The notes: generated by a model from the letters alone, not told the origin. Numbered from the stretch's first letter, positions 29,698-40,027 are shown. The stretch is DNA of 44,447 nucleotides from an uncultured Oscillospiraceae bacterium (GCA_949296915.1 CASFPX010000017.1:1-44447); one strand, 5' to 3'. Numbers and translations are program-made.

Positions 29698-31053
29698 ATG
29701 ATCAATACACATGATATTCTTGAAACGATCGAAATGATCGAGAATGAAAACTTAGATATCCGTACTATTACAATGGGCATCTCACTGCTCAACTGCTGTG
29801 ACTCGGATATCAATGCCTCCTGCCGCAAGATTTACGACAAGATTACCACCAGAGCGCGGGATCTTGTCAAGGTCGGCGAGGATATCGAACGTGAATACGG
29901 GATTCCGATCATCCACAAGCGAATTGCAGTCACACCGGTGAGTATGCTCTGCGCTGTCAGCGGCGGTGATCCTGTCAAATACGCCTTAACACTCGAAAAG
30001 GCTTCTCGGGCGGTAGGCGTCAATTTTATCGGGGGATATTCCGCACTGGTCCAAAAAGGCTTCTCAGCAGGGGATCTTGAACTGATCCGCTCGATTCCCG
30101 AGGCGCTCGCCACAACAGAACATATCTGTTCCTCTGTCAACATCGGTTCCACCAAGGCTGGCATCAATATGGACGCCGTCGCGATGATGGGGAAAACTGT
30201 CCGCGCGGCTGCAGAGGCCACGCAGGACCGGGATTGTATCGGATGCGCCAAGCTGGTCGTGTTCTGCAACGCGCCGGAGGATAACCCCTTTATGGCTGGC
30301 GCCTTCCATGGTGTCGGCGAACCGGACTGCGTTATCAATGTCGGTGTCTCCGGGCCCGGCGTTGTACGGGCCGCACTGGCCAAAAATCCAACTGGTGATC
30401 TGAGTGAGGTGGCCGATATCATCAAAAAAACCGCCTTTAAAATCACGCGGATGGGCCAAATGGTTGCAAGCTTGGCCGCAGAGCGCCTTGGCGTTCCGTT
30501 TGGGATTGTTGACCTTTCCCTGGCTCCCACGCCTGCGGTTGGGGATTCTGTGGCGCACATTTTGGAGGAAATGGGACTTGAAACCTGCGGCGGAGCTGGC
30601 ACCACGGCAGCGCTCGCCCTGCTCAATGATGCTGTTAAAAAAGGCGGTACAATGGCTTCCTCCCACGTGGGAGGGCTGTCCGGCGCATTCATCCCCGTTT
30701 CAGAGGATGCCGGTATGATTCATGCCGCACAAAAGGGCGTCTTAAAAATTGAAAAGCTTGAGGCTATGACATCCGTCTGCTCCGTAGGGCTTGACATGAT
30801 TGTTGTGCCCGGCGATACGACAGCCGAGGTGATTTCCGCTGTAATTGCCGACGAGGCCGCAATCGGGATGATCAACTCCAAGACGACTGCCGTCCGTCTG
30901 ATTCCCGCAATCGGTAAGGACGTCGGGGACGAGTTGAACTTTGGCGGTCTGCTGGGAAGCGGTCCGGTGATGGCCGTCAGTAAGGCTTCCCCACTGCGTT
31001 TCATCTCTCGCGGCGGCAGGATCCCTGCTCCAATCCAGGCGCTCAAAAATTAA
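29698..31053 (+). CDS. UPF0210 family protein (PFL-like, DUF711)
   Basis: [34 protein letters not shown]-terminus typical of UPF0210. Start at ATG 29698 (the ORF track begins at 29641). Confidence 0.85.
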   Translation: MINTHDILETIEMIENENLDIRTITMGISLLNCCDSDINASCRKIYDKITTRARDLVKVGEDIEREYGIPIIHKRIAVTPVSMLCAVSGGDPVKYALTLEKASRAVGVNFIGGYSALVQKGFSAGDLELIRSIPEALATTEHICSSVNIGSTKAGINMDAVAMMGKTVRAAAEATQDRDCIGCAKLVVFCNAPEDNPFMAGAFHGVGEPDCVINVGVSGPGVVRAALAKNPTGDLSEVADIIKKTAFKITRMGQMVASLAAERLGVPFGIVDLSLAPTPAVGDSVAHILEEMGLETCGGAGTTAALALLNDAVKKGGTMASSHVGGLSGAFIPVSEDAGMIHAAQKGVLKIEKLEAMTSVCSVGLDMIVVPGDTTAEVISAVIADEAAIGMINSKTTAVRLIPAIGKDVGDELNFGGLLGSGPVMAVSKASPLRFISRGGRIPAPIQALKN

Positions 31054-31116
31054 ATTTTGAATAAATCAATGTTTTCGGCCCATACTATGCATGAACGCAT
31101 AAAAGGAGTTGAAAAC

Positions 31117-31335
31117 ATGCTTGATAAAATTGCGTTGGTTATTTTGATCATCGGCGGCATCAACTGGGGTAGCATTGGCCTGTTCCAATTTGATATCGTC
31201 GCATGGATTTTTGGCGGACAGGGCGCTATTGTGAGCAGAATTATCTACACCCTTGTCGCATTGTCGGCAATCTGGTGTTTCTCACTCCTCTTCCGTGAAA
31301 ATGACGTGCTGGTCGAATCCACCGATAGAGATTAA
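31117..31335 (+). CDS. DUF378 small membrane protein
   Basis: MLDKIALVILIIGGINWGSIGLFQFD signature. AAAGGAG RBS, then ATG 31117. Confidence 0.7.
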   Translation: MLDKIALVILIIGGINWGSIGLFQFDIVAWIFGGQGAIVSRIIYTLVALSAIWCFSLLFRENDVLVESTDRD

Positions 31336-31504
31336 CTTCCAAAAGTTCAGCCCACCCATTCGGGTGGGCTGAATCGCATCATGTAATTTTTACGATAGAG
31401 TATACCTCTTTCCCTCTTTGCAAAATCCCAATCTCCTATTGACATTTGAAAAAATACGGCTATGATGGATTTATCTGATATAAAGCGGAGAGGGCGGATT
31501 TCTT

Positions 31505-32548
31505 ATGAAAAAAATTATATCAGCATTGATGTCAGTTTTAATCTGCATTGCATTGACCGGATGCGGTGAAACAGAGGACATGCTTGAGAGTACCTCTAAC
31601 ACGACCGCTCCGGACACTATATCCGTGTCGGATAAAACTGAAAATCCATCCTTGCAATCGACAGAGCCCGAAGCCACCAGGGCCACAGAGATTTCTACGG
31701 AGGGGATGGAAAAAACCTCGAACGGTGGCCAAGATGTGTCCCCTACTGAAGAAAAAGAATATACATACACAACCCAGGAGCTATGGTGTAGCAATAGCGG
31801 AAAGAAAATTTATGGCCAAATCTACCTTCCAGATGGCGTATCTGCCCCGATGCCAGCTGTAATCCTCTCTCACAGTTTTTCTCTAACGCACGCATCCATG
31901 AATTCCTATTGCATCAATTTGGCCAAAAAGGGATATGCGGCCTACTGCTTTGACTTCTGCGGCGGAAGCACCAGCAGCAAGAGTGATGGAGAAACAAGTG
32001 AAATGACCGTGTTTACAGAGGTCAGCGATTTGGAGGCGGTATTGGATCACCTGCGTTCCCTAAGCTACATTGACCGCGACAACATCTTCCTGCTGGGGAC
32101 TAGCCAGGGCGGGCTCGTCTCCGCACTCGCAGCCGCAGAACGACCAACTCAAGTCCAAGGGTTAATCCTGATGTACCCAGGATTTAGCATCGCAAAACAA
32201 GTTACCGACTTTTTTAAAAATCCGGATGATTTGGATCAATTGTTTGATCTTCCGATGATCAGCATGATGCCCGTGGGAGAGAATTACGTGAAATCCCTCT
32301 ATGGGTACGATATATATGAACACATTAAGAGTTACAACCGGGATGTTCTAATCTTGCATGGTTCTAACGATTTTATTGTCCCTCCCAGTTACTCCGAACG
32401 GGCCGTGGAAGTCTATCCGCATGCGACACTTCATATTATTGAAGGTGCGGGCCATGGCTTTAACAAGGAAAATTTCAGCATTTCCGGCAATTTTGACGGT
32501 GAGGTTCTCCCTTATGTGTTTGAATACCTTCAGGTACATACCACCTGA
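31505..32548 (+). CDS. Lipoprotein alpha/beta-hydrolase (dienelactone-hydrolase/peptidase S9-like fold)
   Basis: Lipobox LTGC; Ser/Thr-rich linker; GTSQGG nucleophile elbow and a C-terminal HG motif. Confidence 0.75.
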   Translation: MKKIISALMSVLICIALTGCGETEDMLESTSNTTAPDTISVSDKTENPSLQSTEPEATRATEISTEGMEKTSNGGQDVSPTEEKEYTYTTQELWCSNSGKKIYGQIYLPDGVSAPMPAVILSHSFSLTHASMNSYCINLAKKGYAAYCFDFCGGSTSSKSDGETSEMTVFTEVSDLEAVLDHLRSLSYIDRDNIFLLGTSQGGLVSALAAAERPTQVQGLILMYPGFSIAKQVTDFFKNPDDLDQLFDLPMISMMPVGENYVKSLYGYDIYEHIKSYNRDVLILHGSNDFIVPPSYSERAVEVYPHATLHIIEGAGHGFNKENFSISGNFDGEVLPYVFEYLQVHTT

Positions 32549-32597
32549 CTCATAGAAGAGCAGCCCGTGATTCCTCACGGGCTGTTTCGTCATCTGC

Positions 32598-33113
32598 CTA
32601 TTTCACTTTGGCTACTGATTCCATAAAACAATCCAGCTGGCGCTGATTTCGGATCACGGTGACTTTTGAACTATATTGCTGTATCAGACGGCGGTGCTGC
32701 CTGATCTTGGCAGGTGTTCGCCCGCGGAACAAGATCCAACAAAGGAATTCAAAATCCAGCTTTTCCGCGCAGCCGTCCGCCATGCTTTCTCGCGACCGGT
32801 TGATAAACTCCCGATTCCGGCGGATAATGCGGTGGAGGGCGGAAAAACGATTGAACAGCATCAAGATGACTTGATCGGCCTGTTCCAGCCGTTCCTGCTG
32901 GTAAAAACGCTGGTAGTTCCCGTCAATCACCCAGTCCGGCTGTTCCATAAACGCTCGCACAATCGCGCGGCCCTCTTCCGTTGAACGTTCCTTCCAGCCT
33001 GATTCAAAATTTACGCGATCCAGATATAACAGCGGAATATCATAAACCTCCGCCAGATATTTTGCCAGTGTTGATTTTCCACTTCCACTGTACCCCAAAA
33101 TAGCAATTTTCAT
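32598..33113 (-). CDS. AAA-domain P-loop kinase-like protein (DNA topology modulation FlaR-like family)
   Basis: MKIAILGYSGSGKSTLAKYLAE Walker A motif, ~170 aa. The subfamily call rests on overall similarity only. Confidence 0.6.
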   Translation of the reverse strand: MKIAILGYSGSGKSTLAKYLAEVYDIPLLYLDRVNFESGWKERSTEEGRAIVRAFMEQPDWVIDGNYQRFYQQERLEQADQVILMLFNRFSALHRIIRRNREFINRSRESMADGCAEKLDFEFLCWILFRGRTPAKIRQHRRLIQQYSSKVTVIRNQRQLDCFMESVAKVK

Positions 33114-33215
33114 TTTCTTCCCTCCCGTTAAAACCGTATTTTAACACACTCATGCCCAGACTGCAAGAAATACGCCGGCAGTATTCTTGATACCGCCGGC
33201 GCTTCCCGTCCCAAA

Positions 33216-33919
33216 CTATTTCTTTTTCCACCGTGCAAGGGTTTGGAAGAATTCCTCCATCATGACGTGTGATTTTTCGCGATCCGTATAAAGATCGGGA
33301 GAAATATTCAGGCAAAAGTCGATCATTTCTTCCATTGTACAGTTCTGGACAAAGGCGCCATCTTTTCGGCAATAGCAGCAGTAATCCGCACTTGGCACGC
33401 CGCCAGCTTCCGTCCCATGCTCTTCCGGGCGCGTCATCGGCATTCCACAGGACTGGCAGATTTCCGCAAGACCGATATAAATGTTTACGTCCCCCTGCAT
33501 CTGTTCGTCACAACTAAAATATTCCTCAAAATCCACCCGATAAGCGCGCTGAAGCGGAAGCGCCCCGATCTGTTGCCAAAACTGTGCGACATCCGTTGTT
33601 ACATTCCCGCGAAAGCTGAATTTTGCATATTTTCCGGCTGGGATTTCAACACGCACAAATCCTTCAGGGCAGCGGTCACTCTCACATCCGACAACAGCAT
33701 CAACCCATTATCATCCCTTGCGTAATGGGTGTACAGGCCGTAACATATTGCATCCGGTCGGGACCCGACTAGATTCTTCTGGCCGCCCAGGAAACGCTTC
33801 CAAAGCCCACCAATTTTTTCTGAACAGTCCGGCGCACTATTCGTGGTACGCGTTGACACTCCGACTACTGTGCGTGCGGGACAGTCCACTACTTCATAAG
33901 TTAACATTGTCTTCATCCT
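33216..33919 (-). pseudogene. GyrI-like effector-binding domain protein with C-terminal putative zinc ribbon, interrupted by a frameshift near 33625..33665
   Basis: Two overlapping ORFs in different frames (33599..33982 and 33216..33656) together reconstitute one GyrI-like domain (MLTYEVVDCPARTVVGV...YGLYTHY... joined to RVEIPAGKYAKFSFRGNV), followed by CQSCG...CCYC...C. Confidence 0.5.
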
Positions 33920-33974
33920 TTCAAGCTTTGATGCAGCTATCATAGCATGACAATGGGGACAAGGGCTGTCCGGA

Positions 33975-34870
33975 TTACTCATAAAGTTTGGTAATTCGCC
34001 TTAACTCCGTGCGCATCATTTGCCGCATCGAATCCGGTTCCACAATCTCCGCCAGGCTCCCATAGGAGAGAAGATACCCACACCCCGCCGTCCGGCCGGC
34101 CACAGGCATTGGACGATCAACGATCCATCCTCCTGACGCGTAATGCATTTCCGGTCAAACTCGTCATAAACACGATAAGCCATCTGTGGAGAAAACCGCA
34201 CCACGACAGGGATCATCTGCACATCCATATCAATCTCGCAGGCAACCGGCTGAGCCGGGTGCGGTGAAAAAGTCTCCTCGGATAAAGTGACCCTTTCCAT
34301 CCGTGTGAGTTTAAAAAGGCGGATATCTTGTCTTTGGCGGCACCATGCCTGTAAATACCAGGAGATTCCTTTGAAGAAAAGTCGGAGCGGTTCGACAGCG
34401 CGATGGCTTGCCTCTCCGGAGGAAGAATAGTAGTCAAAAATCAGTACCCTTCGTTCCAAAATGGCACGCTTGAGCAGTAGGAACTGCTGATTTTTTTCTT
34501 TTCTACCCCATCCTGAAAAATCCGCCTCAATCCAATTGGGACTGTCACTCCGCTGAAAGATTCCGGAAATTCGGGACTTTACACGTTGGCTGTCCAGTCC
34601 GGCTGATTGCATCAATTGTAGGGCACACAGAAGTTCATCTTGCTCTTCCTTCGTGAAGAGGGACTTATCGAGCGTAAAGCCCTGCATCACCCGTACACCT
34701 CCGCCCCGCCCAGCTACCATATATACCGGGACACCTGCGGCGGAAAGGGCGTCCACATCGCGGCGAATGGTACGTTCGGACACCTCCAAATGTTGGGCCA
34801 GTGCCTTCACAGTCATTTGACGATGCTCCAAAAGCAAATATAATAATTCAAATAGCCGGCTATTTTGCAT
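33975..34870 (-). pseudogene. YafY-family HTH-WYL transcriptional regulator with a frameshift near 34090..34112
   Basis: N-terminal HTH (MQNSRLFELLYLLLEHRQMTVKALAQHLEVSERTIRRDV) and a WYL domain. The expected C-terminus (GYLLSYGSLAEIVEPDSMRQMMRTELRRITKLYE) lies in a different frame, following a GC-rich GGCCGGCCGGACGGCGGGG tract. Confidence 0.5.
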
Positions 34871-34958
34871 ATGCCCCCTCCTTCCATGCAACAGTATAAC
34901 ATAAAAAGCGGACATTAAATGTCCGCTTTTCTAAAATATATTGATTTACCTGTTTAAA

Positions 34959-35300
34959 TCATGCAAGCAGCGCCTGCATATCCTTTCCGGCAAGCAGGTG
35001 GAAGTGCAGGTGGTGAACCGTCTGCCCGGCGCTCTCCCCACAGTTTGTAATCACACGGAAGCCATCCTGAACGCCCAAATCTGCGGCGATCTTTGCGATC
35101 ACCTCAAAGATATGCGCCACAACCGCGCTGTTCTCCGCCGTGACGGCGTTAGCGGCCGGAATGTGTTCCTTTGGAATCACCAGCACGTGAACGGGCGCCT
35201 GCGGCTCAATGTCGCGAAACGCGAGAACTGTTTCATCCTCGTAGACTTTGTCGCTGGGGATATCACCGCTGATAATTTTGCAAAAAAGGCAGTCAGACAT
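34959..35300 (-). CDS. Histidine-triad (HIT) family nucleotide hydrolase
   Basis: HVHVLVIPKEH motif and HHLHFHLL histidine triad. Confidence 0.9.
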   Translation of the reverse strand: MSDCLFCKIISGDIPSDKVYEDETVLAFRDIEPQAPVHVLVIPKEHIPAANAVTAENSAVVAHIFEVIAKIAADLGVQDGFRVITNCGESAGQTVHHLHFHLLAGKDMQALLA

Positions 35301-35303
35301 CTT

Positions 35304-37943
35304 TCATTTCTCCTCTATCATGGATTTTAAAATTCCCTCAGCGGCATCGAGCGCCTCGGAAACCTTGGAAACATCCTTGCCGCCGGCCATGGCGCTGTCC
35401 GGCTTACCGCCGCCAGAGCCGCCCGCTATGGCGGCAATCGCCTTGACCAACTTGCCCGCGTGCGCACCCATTTTGACCGCCTGTGCGCCACAGCAGGCGG
35501 CAAAGTTTACGGTGCCTTTCTCGCGGTTGACTCCGGCAAACACCGCAACGATCTTGTCGCTCTTGGCCTTGGCCTCATCTCCCATGGCGCGCAGCTCGCC
35601 CGCATTGGCGCCCTCCACAGCACTGGCGACAAGCTCCAGCCCGCAGACATCCTTGGCGTTTCCAAGAACGGCCGCCGCCTTCATAGCGGAGAGTTCCGCC
35701 GTGAGCGATTCAATCTTCCGGCGGTTTTCCTTATCCTCCGCCATCACCTGTCCGGCCCGTGCGGTCAGCTCCCGGGTATTGGAGGCTTTTAACATGGCGG
35801 CGCATGCCTGCATCTGGGCGAGGTTTTCGCGCACATAGGCGAGCGCGCCTGTACCGGTCACAGCCGTAATCCGGCGCACACCTGACGCAACAGACGTCTC
35901 GGACACGATCTTAAACAGGCCGATCTCACCAGTGTTCTGGACATGCGTGCCGCCGCACAGCTCAATAGAGAAATCCCCTACCGAAACGACACGGACAATA
36001 TCACCGTACTTTTCGCCAAAGAGCGCCATCGCGCCGAGCCTCTTTGCCTCTTCAATCGGCATCTCACGGCTGTCTACTGGCCGAGCACTGAGGATAATAT
36101 TATTGACTTGATCTTCGATTTTTTCCAGTTCCGCGGTCGGCAGCGCCTCGTAATGCGTAAAGTCAAAGCGCATCTCCCGTGCGTTGACAAGCTGACCGGC
36201 CTGCTCCACATGGGTGCCGAGCACCTGACGAAGCGCAGCCTGAAGCAGGTGGGCGGAGGTGTGGTTCCGGCGCGTAGCCAAACGCTGTTCGCGGTTGATC
36301 TCCGCATGGACGTTGTCTCCCACCTTAAAAGAGCCCTGTTCCACCGTACCGTGGTGCAGGAACGTCCCTGCGGACGTCTTGCTCACGGAGGAGACGCGGA
36401 ACACGCTCTCCCCACAGGTGATTACGCCGGAATCGGCGGCCTGCCCGCCACTTTCCGCATAAAACGGAGTGCGCGCCAGTACGAGTGCGCATTGCTGACC
36501 GGCTGACGCGCTGTCCAGAATCTCCTCACCGGCGAGGATGAGCGTAATATTGGAGTCGTCCGCCATGGTCTCATAGCCGGTGAATTCCGTTTTACCACCT
36601 GCGGAAACAGAGGCATTGTTCTTCCAAGCCTCCTTGTCCATGTCCTTGCGGGCAGAACGGGCGCGGACCTTCTGCTCCTCCATCATGCGGTTAAAGCCGG
36701 ATTCATCGATCTCAATCCCCTTCTCCGCGAGGATCTCCTTGGTCAGGTCAAAGGGGAAGCCGAATGTATCATAGAGCATGAACGCCTTTTCGCCCGAGAT
36801 AGAACCGTCCGCAATCATATCGGAGAGCATCTGCATCCCGGCATCGATCGTGCGCAGGAAGCCCTCCTCCTCCACACGGATCATCTTCTCGATCATATCC
36901 GCCTTTTCGGCCAGATTCGGATAGGCATCCCTGTTGATATCAATCACCGTCCGGCACAGCTCATAGAGGAAAGGCTGATTCATTCCAAGGAGTTTACCGT
37001 GACGAGCGGCGCGGCGGAGCAGGCGGCGCAGGACATACCCGCGCCCCTCGTTGGAGACAAATACGCCATCGCCTATCATCATTGTGGCAGACCGGATGTG
37101 ATCGGTAATCACGCGGATGGAGACATCCGTCCTAGGGTCCGCACCGTACGCGATTCCGGTAATTTCACACACCTTGTCCAGAATATGGCGTACTGTATCC
37201 ACCTCAAAAATGTTATCCACATCCTGTACGATGCAGGCCAAGCGCTCCAGGCCCATGCCGGTATCGATGTTCGGGTGGTCCAGACGGGTATAGTTACCGT
37301 TGCCATCGTTATCAAACTGTGTAAATACAAGATTCCAGTACTCTACATACCGGTCACACTCACAGCCGGGGCCACAGTCCGGCTTGCCGCAGCCGTACTC
37401 CGCGCCACGGTCATAGTGCAGCTCCGAGCAGGGGCCGCAGGGACCGGAACCGTGCTCCCAGAAGTTCTCAGACTTGTCCTTGCGAACGACGTGGGAAGGA
37501 TCAATCCCCGTCTTCTTCGTCCAGATATCGTAGGCCTCGTCGTCCTCCTCATAGATTGTCACATAGATCCGTGCGGGATCCAGACCGATGACCTTTGTGC
37601 TGAACTCCCACGCCCAGGTAATGGCCTCATTCTTAAAATAATCGCCAAAGGAGAAATTGCCCAGCATTTCAAAAAAGGTGCCATGGCGGGCCGTGTGGCC
37701 GACGTTTTCAATATCCGGTGTGCGGATGCACTTCTGGCATGTTGTCACGCGGCGGCGCGGCGGTTCCACTTCACCGGTAAAATACTTTTTCATCGGCGCC
37801 ATACCGGAATTGATGAGCAGCAGGCTCTTATCCCCGTTTGGGATCAGCGAAAAACTCGGCAGCCGCAGATGCCCCTTGCTCTCATAAAAGCTGAGATATT
37901 TTTCACGCAGTTCATTCAGGCCCATAGATTGCATATTTTCCAC
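35304..37943 (-). CDS. alaS: Alanine--tRNA ligase
   Basis: 879 aa with a class II catalytic core, editing domain (HxxxH...CGGTH), and C-terminal DHHA1 domain. Confidence 0.95.
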   Translation of the reverse strand: MENMQSMGLNELREKYLSFYESKGHLRLPSFSLIPNGDKSLLLINSGMAPMKKYFTGEVEPPRRRVTTCQKCIRTPDIENVGHTARHGTFFEMLGNFSFGDYFKNEAITWAWEFSTKVIGLDPARIYVTIYEEDDEAYDIWTKKTGIDPSHVVRKDKSENFWEHGSGPCGPCSELHYDRGAEYGCGKPDCGPGCECDRYVEYWNLVFTQFDNDGNGNYTRLDHPNIDTGMGLERLACIVQDVDNIFEVDTVRHILDKVCEITGIAYGADPRTDVSIRVITDHIRSATMMIGDGVFVSNEGRGYVLRRLLRRAARHGKLLGMNQPFLYELCRTVIDINRDAYPNLAEKADMIEKMIRVEEEGFLRTIDAGMQMLSDMIADGSISGEKAFMLYDTFGFPFDLTKEILAEKGIEIDESGFNRMMEEQKVRARSARKDMDKEAWKNNASVSAGGKTEFTGYETMADDSNITLILAGEEILDSASAGQQCALVLARTPFYAESGGQAADSGVITCGESVFRVSSVSKTSAGTFLHHGTVEQGSFKVGDNVHAEINREQRLATRRNHTSAHLLQAALRQVLGTHVEQAGQLVNAREMRFDFTHYEALPTAELEKIEDQVNNIILSARPVDSREMPIEEAKRLGAMALFGEKYGDIVRVVSVGDFSIELCGGTHVQNTGEIGLFKIVSETSVASGVRRITAVTGTGALAYVRENLAQMQACAAMLKASNTRELTARAGQVMAEDKENRRKIESLTAELSAMKAAAVLGNAKDVCGLELVASAVEGANAGELRAMGDEAKAKSDKIVAVFAGVNREKGTVNFAACCGAQAVKMGAHAGKLVKAIAAIAGGSGGGKPDSAMAGGKDVSKVSEALDAAEGILKSMIEEK

Positions 37944-37946
37944 TCC

Positions 37947-38022
37947 TAATGTCCAATAAAAAAGCGCCCAGATAGGACGCTCTAAGCCCTGGATAATTCC
38001 AGTTTATTATATACCTATTGAT
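37947..38022 (-). promoter_or_regulatory. alaS promoter (TTGACA-17-TATATAAT) with a short leader carrying a terminator-like hairpin just before the RBS
   Basis: Minus strand reads TTGACAAATCCGGATCAATAGGTATATAAT...AGAGCGTCCTATCTGGGCGCTTTTTTATTGGACATTAGGAGTGGAAAATATG. The -35 element overlaps the last codons of the PBP gene. Confidence 0.5.
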
Positions 38023-38031
38023 CCGGATTTG

Positions 38032-39678
38032 TCAATTGCCGCCCAATGCCATGATCCCCTCAGAAATCGCCTTAAATACAGGCGCACAGTCAATACCGCC
38101 GGAGATCCCGTCTTCCTTCAGGATTACGATCGTGTATTGGGGACTTTCGGACGGAAAAAATCCCGCAAACCAGGACTGATTCTTCTCCACGCCGTCCACA
38201 TATTGCCCTGTCTGCGCTGTGGCAGTCTTTCCCGCGGCGGAAAAATTGCCACTGGCGGCTGAGGAGCCAGACCCTTCTCGGACGGTTTTTTCGAGAAAAG
38301 TATTGATTCGCAGCGCGTCGGCCCGATCAACAGCATTCAACGGTGCCAGTTCAGCGTGGGGTTCCACCGCGTTCTCCTCCCCATCTATTTTGGCCTCTAC
38401 AAGATAGGGCTCGTAATACTGCCCACCCGAGGCGAGCGTATTGTATAGAGCTGCAATTTGGAGCGGCGTAGCGGTCAAACTCCCCTGTCCAAAGGAAAAA
38501 TTAGCTAAAGCCGCCAGATTGGAGAGCTCACTCTTCGATGGAAGAGTCCCGGCCTCTCCGCTGATGCCGGCAGCAATCTCGTTGGGGCTTCCAAAGCCGA
38601 GATTCTCCGCCATATCCAGCACATGTTCCGCCCCTGCCGCCTGGCCGAGAGCGATAAAATATGTGTTGCAGGACTCGGCCACAGCGGTATCCATCCCAAT
38701 TGTCCCGTGTCCATTCTCCTCATGGCAGTGAAAAATCGTTTCCCCAACCTGAATACTTCCGGTGCAGGTATAGGTGAAGTCCGGATCCACACCAGCTGCG
38801 AGCGCCGCGGCAGCAATGACAGGTTTGAATACGGAACCGACTGCGTAGGGGTGCAGTGCACGGTTGATCAGAGGGGAATCCGCGCGATTTAAATAGTCGG
38901 CGATCCGGTTTGCATTATAGAACGGGCGGCTCACCATGGCGCGGATTTTTCCACTCCCCGTCTCCAGCACGACTACTGCCCCCTTGGAGATCCCGTTCTG
39001 ATCCATCGCATCTTCGGCAATCCGCTGGACATCCCGGTCAATGGTCAGTTGAATGCCTCCCCGAATATCCTGGATTGTATCGGAAATTTGGGCTCGTTCT
39101 CCCGCGAGCAGGCGGCCATTTGCATCAACAGAATAGGAGATGCGCAATTCGCCGCTAAACTGGTTCAGCCAATCGTTATATGCCTTTTCCAGGCCGCTCT
39201 CCCCCGCTCCACTGGCACCGCCCACATAACCGATCAGATGGCAGGCAAACGCTGTATTGGAATATCTCATCGCATGCTGTGTCACGGTGACATCCTCTCC
39301 GCTCTTGATTCCCAACTGGCTGCTGCCCAGTGCCAGAACAAGCGGATTTCCATCGGAAAGCTGACTGTATAAAGAGGCGAGCTCCTCTTGAGTCAGAATG
39401 GATTCCAACTGCTTCAGCGCCGCCTCTGTCGGTTTTATGGCAACCAGCATTTCTTGATCCATATAAGTGATGGGACACATATTGCAATCGTAGATGATAC
39501 CACGGCCGGTATCCGAATACACGGTAATGGAACTGTTAGCTGCGGCCGATGCCGCCCAGGGACTGCTTTGGATCTGCAAAATACGCATAGCCAGTAGCCC
39601 AAAAATAAAGGCAAAGGCTGAAAAGGTGGCCACCACTCGCCGATACATCGCGATCATCCCCCTATTGAAGGTTAACAA
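38032..39678 (-). CDS. Class B penicillin-binding protein (FtsI/SpoVD-type transpeptidase)
   Basis: N-terminal TM anchor; SVFKP (SxxK), SCN (SxN) and KTATAQ (KTG) motifs. Confidence 0.85.
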   Translation of the reverse strand: MLTFNRGMIAMYRRVVATFSAFAFIFGLLAMRILQIQSSPWAASAAANSSITVYSDTGRGIIYDCNMCPITYMDQEMLVAIKPTEAALKQLESILTQEELASLYSQLSDGNPLVLALGSSQLGIKSGEDVTVTQHAMRYSNTAFACHLIGYVGGASGAGESGLEKAYNDWLNQFSGELRISYSVDANGRLLAGERAQISDTIQDIRGGIQLTIDRDVQRIAEDAMDQNGISKGAVVVLETGSGKIRAMVSRPFYNANRIADYLNRADSPLINRALHPYAVGSVFKPVIAAAALAAGVDPDFTYTCTGSIQVGETIFHCHEENGHGTIGMDTAVAESCNTYFIALGQAAGAEHVLDMAENLGFGSPNEIAAGISGEAGTLPSKSELSNLAALANFSFGQGSLTATPLQIAALYNTLASGGQYYEPYLVEAKIDGEENAVEPHAELAPLNAVDRADALRINTFLEKTVREGSGSSAASGNFSAAGKTATAQTGQYVDGVEKNQSWFAGFFPSESPQYTIVILKEDGISGGIDCAPVFKAISEGIMALGGN

Positions 39679-39780
39679 TCGTATTATGTTCGGATTCTGG
39701 TGAAAAAAACGGAAAATTCAAATTTTCTTCTTGACAAATCCCGAATAAACTGATAGAATAATGTTCGCATTCCGTTGCAT

Positions 39781-39857
39781 GGGCCATTAGCTCAGTTGGT
39801 TAGAGCAACCGGCTCATAACCGGTCGGTCCGGGGTTCAAGTCCCTGATGGCCCACCA
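39781..39857 (+). tRNA. tRNA with CAU anticodon, Ile2 (lysidine) type rather than Met
   Basis: GGGCCATTAGCTCAGTTGGTTAGAGCAACCGGCTCATAACCGGTCGGTCCGGGGTTCAAGTCCCTGATGGCCCACCA. D-arm, anticodon-arm and acceptor closely resemble B. subtilis tRNA-Ile(LAU). Confidence 0.7.
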
Positions 39858-39869
39858 ATTTGTTCATAT

Positions 39870-39945
39870 AGGGGTATAGCTCAGTTGGTAGAGCAGTGGT
39901 CTCCAAAACCACGTGCCGAGGGTTCAAGTCCTTCTGCCCCTGCCA
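39870..39945 (+). tRNA. tRNA-Trp (anticodon CCA)
   Basis: AGGGGTATAGCTCAGTTGGTAGAGCAGTGGTCTCCAAAACCACGTGCCGAGGGTTCAAGTCCTTCTGCCCCTGCCA; A1:U72 acceptor pair as in Bacillus tRNA-Trp. Confidence 0.85.
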
Positions 39946-39950
39946 TTTAT

Positions 39951-40027
39951 GGCCCGGTAGTTCAGCTGGTTAGAACGCTAGCCTGTCACGCTAGAGGTCG
40001 ACGGTTCGATCCCGTTCCGGGTCGCCA
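39951..40027 (+). tRNA. tRNA-Asp (anticodon GTC)
   Basis: GGCCCGGTAGTTCAGCTGGTTAGAACGCTAGCCTGTCACGCTAGAGGTCGACGGTTCGATCCCGTTCCGGGTCGCCA. Confidence 0.9.

Noticed and set aside
29832-30692. 286-aa minus-strand ORF overlapping the UPF0210 gene
   Set aside because: It is the antisense frame of a well-supported gene. The product is low-complexity and Ser/Pro/Ala-rich.
35248-37949. Several long plus-strand ORFs inside alaS (e.g. 36999..37949 at 316 aa, and 35248..35838 at 196 aa)
   Set aside because: They are antisense to a highly conserved aaRS gene and show Ala/Arg/Pro-rich antisense-GC composition. They are artefacts.
37944-38300. T-box leader upstream of alaS
   Set aside because: There is no T-box consensus (AGGGTGGNACCGCG) or specifier-loop architecture. 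The leader is only about 70 nt from a clear promoter.
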